The notes under the pieces are model-generated. The model saw nothing but the letters and a program-made list of their open reading frames with translations, ran no database searches and had not been told where the DNA came from. This document shows, in pieces, positions 35,306-38,200 of a DNA stretch of 38,200 nucleotides; within the stretch, counting starts at the first letter, position 1, and the number at the start of each line of letters is the position of its first letter. This DNA is from Phycisphaerae bacterium (GTDB lineage: Bacteria; Planctomycetota; Phycisphaerae; Phycisphaerales; SM1A02), in contig VGXK01000001.1 in NCBI GenBank assembly GCA_016873355.1, positions 1-38,200 of the forward strand, given 5' to 3'. The position numbers and the translations under genes are program-made.

Positions 35306-36765
35306 GCGTTTCCCCCGGCGCGATGCGTTGTCGGCGGGCGAGGCATGCGACGGCCGGCGCGCGAGCCGATTGCGCCGCCGTCTCGGTGCGGGCCATGAAC
35401 GGCATGCACGGCATGCACGGCATGCTCGCCGTGCTCGCCGCCCTGCTCGCTCCCGCCCTGCTCGTCGCGAGCGCGGATGCTCAGTTGCTTCGGCCGCCGC
35501 TACCGCGGGGCGAGACGCGTCCGATCGAGGCCGCGCCGCCGCCCGACGCGCCGACGGCGTCCCCGCCGACTCCGGCGCTCGGCGAGACGACGAGCATTCG
35601 AGCAACCGTGCTTCGCGCCGACGGCAACCACGCCTCGGGTGCGATTTCGCGCATCGACGACAGGGGCGTCGCCCTGCGAGCCGCCGACGGCGCGGAGAAG
35701 CGCAGCGAATGGCGCGACGTGCTCGGCCTGCTCGTCGACGGCGACGCGCGCGGAACGATGGACGGACCCGGATGGATCGTGCTCGCCGACGGCCAGCGAC
35801 TTCCCGGCGCCGAGGAGTCGAACGCCTCGGGCTGGCGATGGCGGCAGCCGCTCCTCGGCACGATCGAGCCGCCGTCCGGGTCGATCCGCGCGCTCTCGCT
35901 CGAAGGGGCGGCGCCGCCCCCGCCGATGCCCGGCGCCGACGTGATCCTGCTGCGCACGGGAGATCGGCTCGAAGGCTTCGTGTCGCGCCTGGCCGATCCG
36001 CTGCCGATCGAGACGCACGCGCCGGGTGCGCCCACGCTCGTGCCGATGAGTTCCGTGGCGGCGATCTCCTTCGTCACGGGCGATGCGGCGCCGGATCCGA
36101 CGCGGCGCCGGATCTGGACGAGCGACGGACTCGTGATCGACGCGGCGATCGTGCGCTACGGCGGCGGCGACGCGATGACGCTCGAGGGGCTCTCGATTCC
36201 CGGCGCGGCCGAGGCGACGATTCCGCTCGACCGCGTGCTGGCGATCTCGGGGGAGATCGCGGCGGCGCCGCTGGCGCAGCGTTCCATGACCGCGATCGAG
36301 ACGCCGCAGGGCGCCGTGCAGCGCTACGCGCTCACGCCGCCGCAGCGACTGCGCTGGCCGGACGAGCGCCCGAACGGAACGAAGGACGAGGCCGAGCGCG
36401 TGCTCGAGCGCGGCGAATGGCCGCTCGGACTCCAGCCGATCGCCTTCGACGGTCCCGCGATCCTCCGCATCGAGATCGACGCGCCGTCGACGCTCGTGGC
36501 AACGCTGCGGCTGCCCCGAGATCGCCGACCGCTGGGCCGGTTCGAGGTGGTCGCGCGCAGCGGCGGAGCGACGACGGGCCCGCTCTCGCTGGACGATGGG
36601 CGGCGCGAGCACGAGATCCGCATCGAGGCCGTGCCGCCGGCGATCGAGTTCGAGATCGTGGACACGGGAGGCGGTCCCGTCCAGGACGGCTTCGTGATCG
36701 AGCGGGGCGTGCTCATTCCGAAGTCGAACTCGGGCGCCAGCGATCGCGGTCGAAGCGATCGCTGA
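35302..36765 (+). CDS. Hypothetical exported beta-rich protein, last gene of the moxR operon
   Basis: ATGA overlap; signal peptide ending ADA-Q; repeated IVLADGQRLPG / DVILLRTGDRLEG motifs. True start may be near 35395. Confidence 0.72.
   Translation: MSVSPGAMRCRRARHATAGARADCAAVSVRAMNGMHGMHGMLAVLAALLAPALLVASADAQLLRPPLPRGETRPIEAAPPPDAPTASPPTPALGETTSIRATVLRADGNHASGAISRIDDRGVALRAADGAEKRSEWRDVLGLLVDGDARGTMDGPGWIVLADGQRLPGAEESNASGWRWRQPLLGTIEPPSGSIRALSLEGAAPPPPMPGADVILLRTGDRLEGFVSRLADPLPIETHAPGAPTLVPMSSVAAISFVTGDAAPDPTRRRIWTSDGLVIDAAIVRYGGGDAMTLEGLSIPGAAEATIPLDRVLAISGEIAAAPLAQRSMTAIETPQGAVQRYALTPPQRLRWPDERPNGTKDEAERVLERGEWPLGLQPIAFDGPAILRIEIDAPSTLVATLRLPRDRRPLGRFEVVARSGGATTGPLSLDDGRREHEIRIEAVPPAIEFEIVDTGGGPVQDGFVIERGVLIPKSNSGASDRGRSDR
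35399..35425 (+). repeat. 9-bp tandem repeat (ACGGCATGC)x3, in frame
   Basis: Encodes MNGMHGMHGM just before the signal peptide. Confidence 0.8.
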
Positions 36766-38200
36766 TCCAGCCGAACGCGGGATCGAGTCGCCATCGCCTG
36801 GCTCCGCGCGGGGGCGCATGTCGAGCGATGCCGTCGTGCATCGCACGCAGCGCCGACATCGGAACCGGCGGGTGCTCCGGGAGCGACTCGAACGCCGGCG
36901 TCGATGCGCCGAATCCATGCGGCGACGAGGGCTCCCCGGCCGTCACGACCAGTCGCCGATCGGGCGGCGCCGCGTCGTCCCTTCGGAAACGAAGCTCGAG
37001 CGATGCGCCGCCGTCGCCCGCCCGGACGCTCGATGCGGGCGAGATCGGCTCGACGGGAACGCCGCGCGCCGCGGCGATCGCGAGCATGCGGCCGGGCACC
37101 ATCGAGGCCGGCGAGTCGAGCATCGACTCGACGACGAGCAGTCGATCGATCGACGCGAGCTCGAGCAGGTCCGGCACGGCGCCCATCGACTCGAGCGAGT
37201 GCTCCGTGACGACGACCGCGTCGAAGCGAGTCACGCCGAGCTCGACCGCGGCGCGCAGGATGGAGCGGGCCGCGGAACTTCCGGGTGCGCCGACGCCCAT
37301 CGAGCGGCCCGAGTCGCCCGCGTCGACGAGCAGCGCCGAGCGACCGGCGATCACGAGCGAACAGCGAGCGCGGCCGAGATCGAGGACCACGATCTGCGGC
37401 TCGCGGCCGGCCGAGGGCAGGAGCGGCATCAGCGCGACGACGATCCACGCACCCGCGAGCGCCATCGCCGCGCGCCGGTTCCGCTTCGACGCCGACACGA
37501 TCAGAAACGGCAGCGCGATGGCGACGAGCGACCACCACGCGGGAGGTCGAGGCAGGAGCGCGGTGGCCCCCGGAAGCGTCGCCACGCCTTCGACGGCGGC
37601 GAGGAAGACCGACCCGAGCATCGCCAGCAGCCAGCCGAGCGGCGCCGCGACCTCGATCGACCACGCCGCGACGACGGCGGCGAGCGTGCCCACGAGGGCG
37701 ATCGCCGACGCAAGCGGCGCGAGCACGACCGACGCCGGAATCGCCCAGGGCGCGCACTGCCCGAAGTGATGCAGCGTGATCGGCGTCACCACGATCCACG
37801 CCGCCAGCGATGCTGCGATCGGCCGCACCGCCATGCGAGTCAGCGCCACGCGACGAAGTCCTTCGGGATGCACGATTCCGCGCCGCACCAGATCGGGGCG
37901 ACGGCGCACGCTCCACCAGTGCGCGCGGTCGCAGAGTCGCTCGAGGCGTGCCGAGAGCGTCGGCGCCACTTCGAGCAGCGCCGCCACCGCCCCGAAACTG
38001 AGCTGGAACGCCGCGTCGCGCGCGTCGGCGGGATCGACCGCGGTCACCACGATCGCCACGACCGCGAGAATCGACGACGCGGGCCACGATCGCCCGGCGA
38101 GCAGCGCCGCTCCCGCGATCGAACCCGCAAGACCGGCGCGCAGCACCGACACCTGCGATTCGAGCACGAGCAGGAAGACGATCGACGCGCCGAGCAGGAT
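36713..38200 (-). CDS. comEC: ComEC/Rec2 competence protein (5'-truncated by window edge)
   Basis: SVLRA, DP..AAFQLSFGAV, PITLHHFG, multiple TMs, MBL-like VLDLG..LLVDAG with degenerate metal motif. Confidence 0.85.
   Translation of the reverse strand: MLLGASIVFLLVLESQVSVLRAGLAGSIAGAALLAGRSWPASSILAVVAIVVTAVDPADARDAAFQLSFGAVAALLEVAPTLSARLERLCDRAHWWSVRRRPDLVRRGIVHPEGLRRVALTRMAVRPIAASLAAWIVVTPITLHHFGQCAPWAIPASVVLAPLASAIALVGTLAAVVAAWSIEVAAPLGWLLAMLGSVFLAAVEGVATLPGATALLPRPPAWWSLVAIALPFLIVSASKRNRRAAMALAGAWIVVALMPLLPSAGREPQIVVLDLGRARCSLVIAGRSALLVDAGDSGRSMGVGAPGSSAARSILRAAVELGVTRFDAVVVTEHSLESMGAVPDLLELASIDRLLVVESMLDSPASMVPGRMLAIAAARGVPVEPISPASSVRAGDGGASLELRFRRDDAAPPDRRLVVTAGEPSSPHGFGASTPAFESLPEHPPVPMSALRAMHDGIARHAPPRGARRWRLDPAFGWISDRFDRDRWRPSSTSE

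Noticed and set aside
1..38200. Prophage, transposase, integrase, defence system, rRNA/tRNA
   Set aside because: No recognisable motifs and no obvious compositional island; the window looks like native chromosome.

Overview
High-GC bacterial chromosomal segment. Gene content and protein styles suggest a planctomycete, probably Phycisphaerae; this is inference only. Core genes: a 2-oxoacid dehydrogenase E2 (5'-truncated), a nucleotide-sugar dehydrogenase, deoC, lipA, an M16 peptidase, recO, a plant/TM-type tRNase Z-like hydrolase, dnaA followed by a candidate oriC, mutM, and comEC (5'-truncated). Accessory modules: three small membrane/secreted proteins; a ThuA-domain protein; an ECF sigma factor coupled to a 1704-aa membrane-anchored VIT-vWA protein with three secretin-N-like repeats; a c-di-GMP set (Hpt, REC-GGDEF, HDOD-degenerate GGDEF, PilZ) interleaved with recO; and an 8-gene MoxR/DUF58/BatA/vWA/coiled-coil/QW-repeat operon. 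Non-coding signals read from the DNA: a 162-bp rod-like palindromic element with CTAG-ended terminal inverted repeats, five genes with a TANNNT box 6-7 nt before the ATG (leaderless pattern), a near-consensus sigma70 promoter for dnaA, and frequent GCGATCGC octamers. I saw no tRNA, rRNA, CRISPR array or transposase. All family calls come from motif recognition by eye, not database searches.
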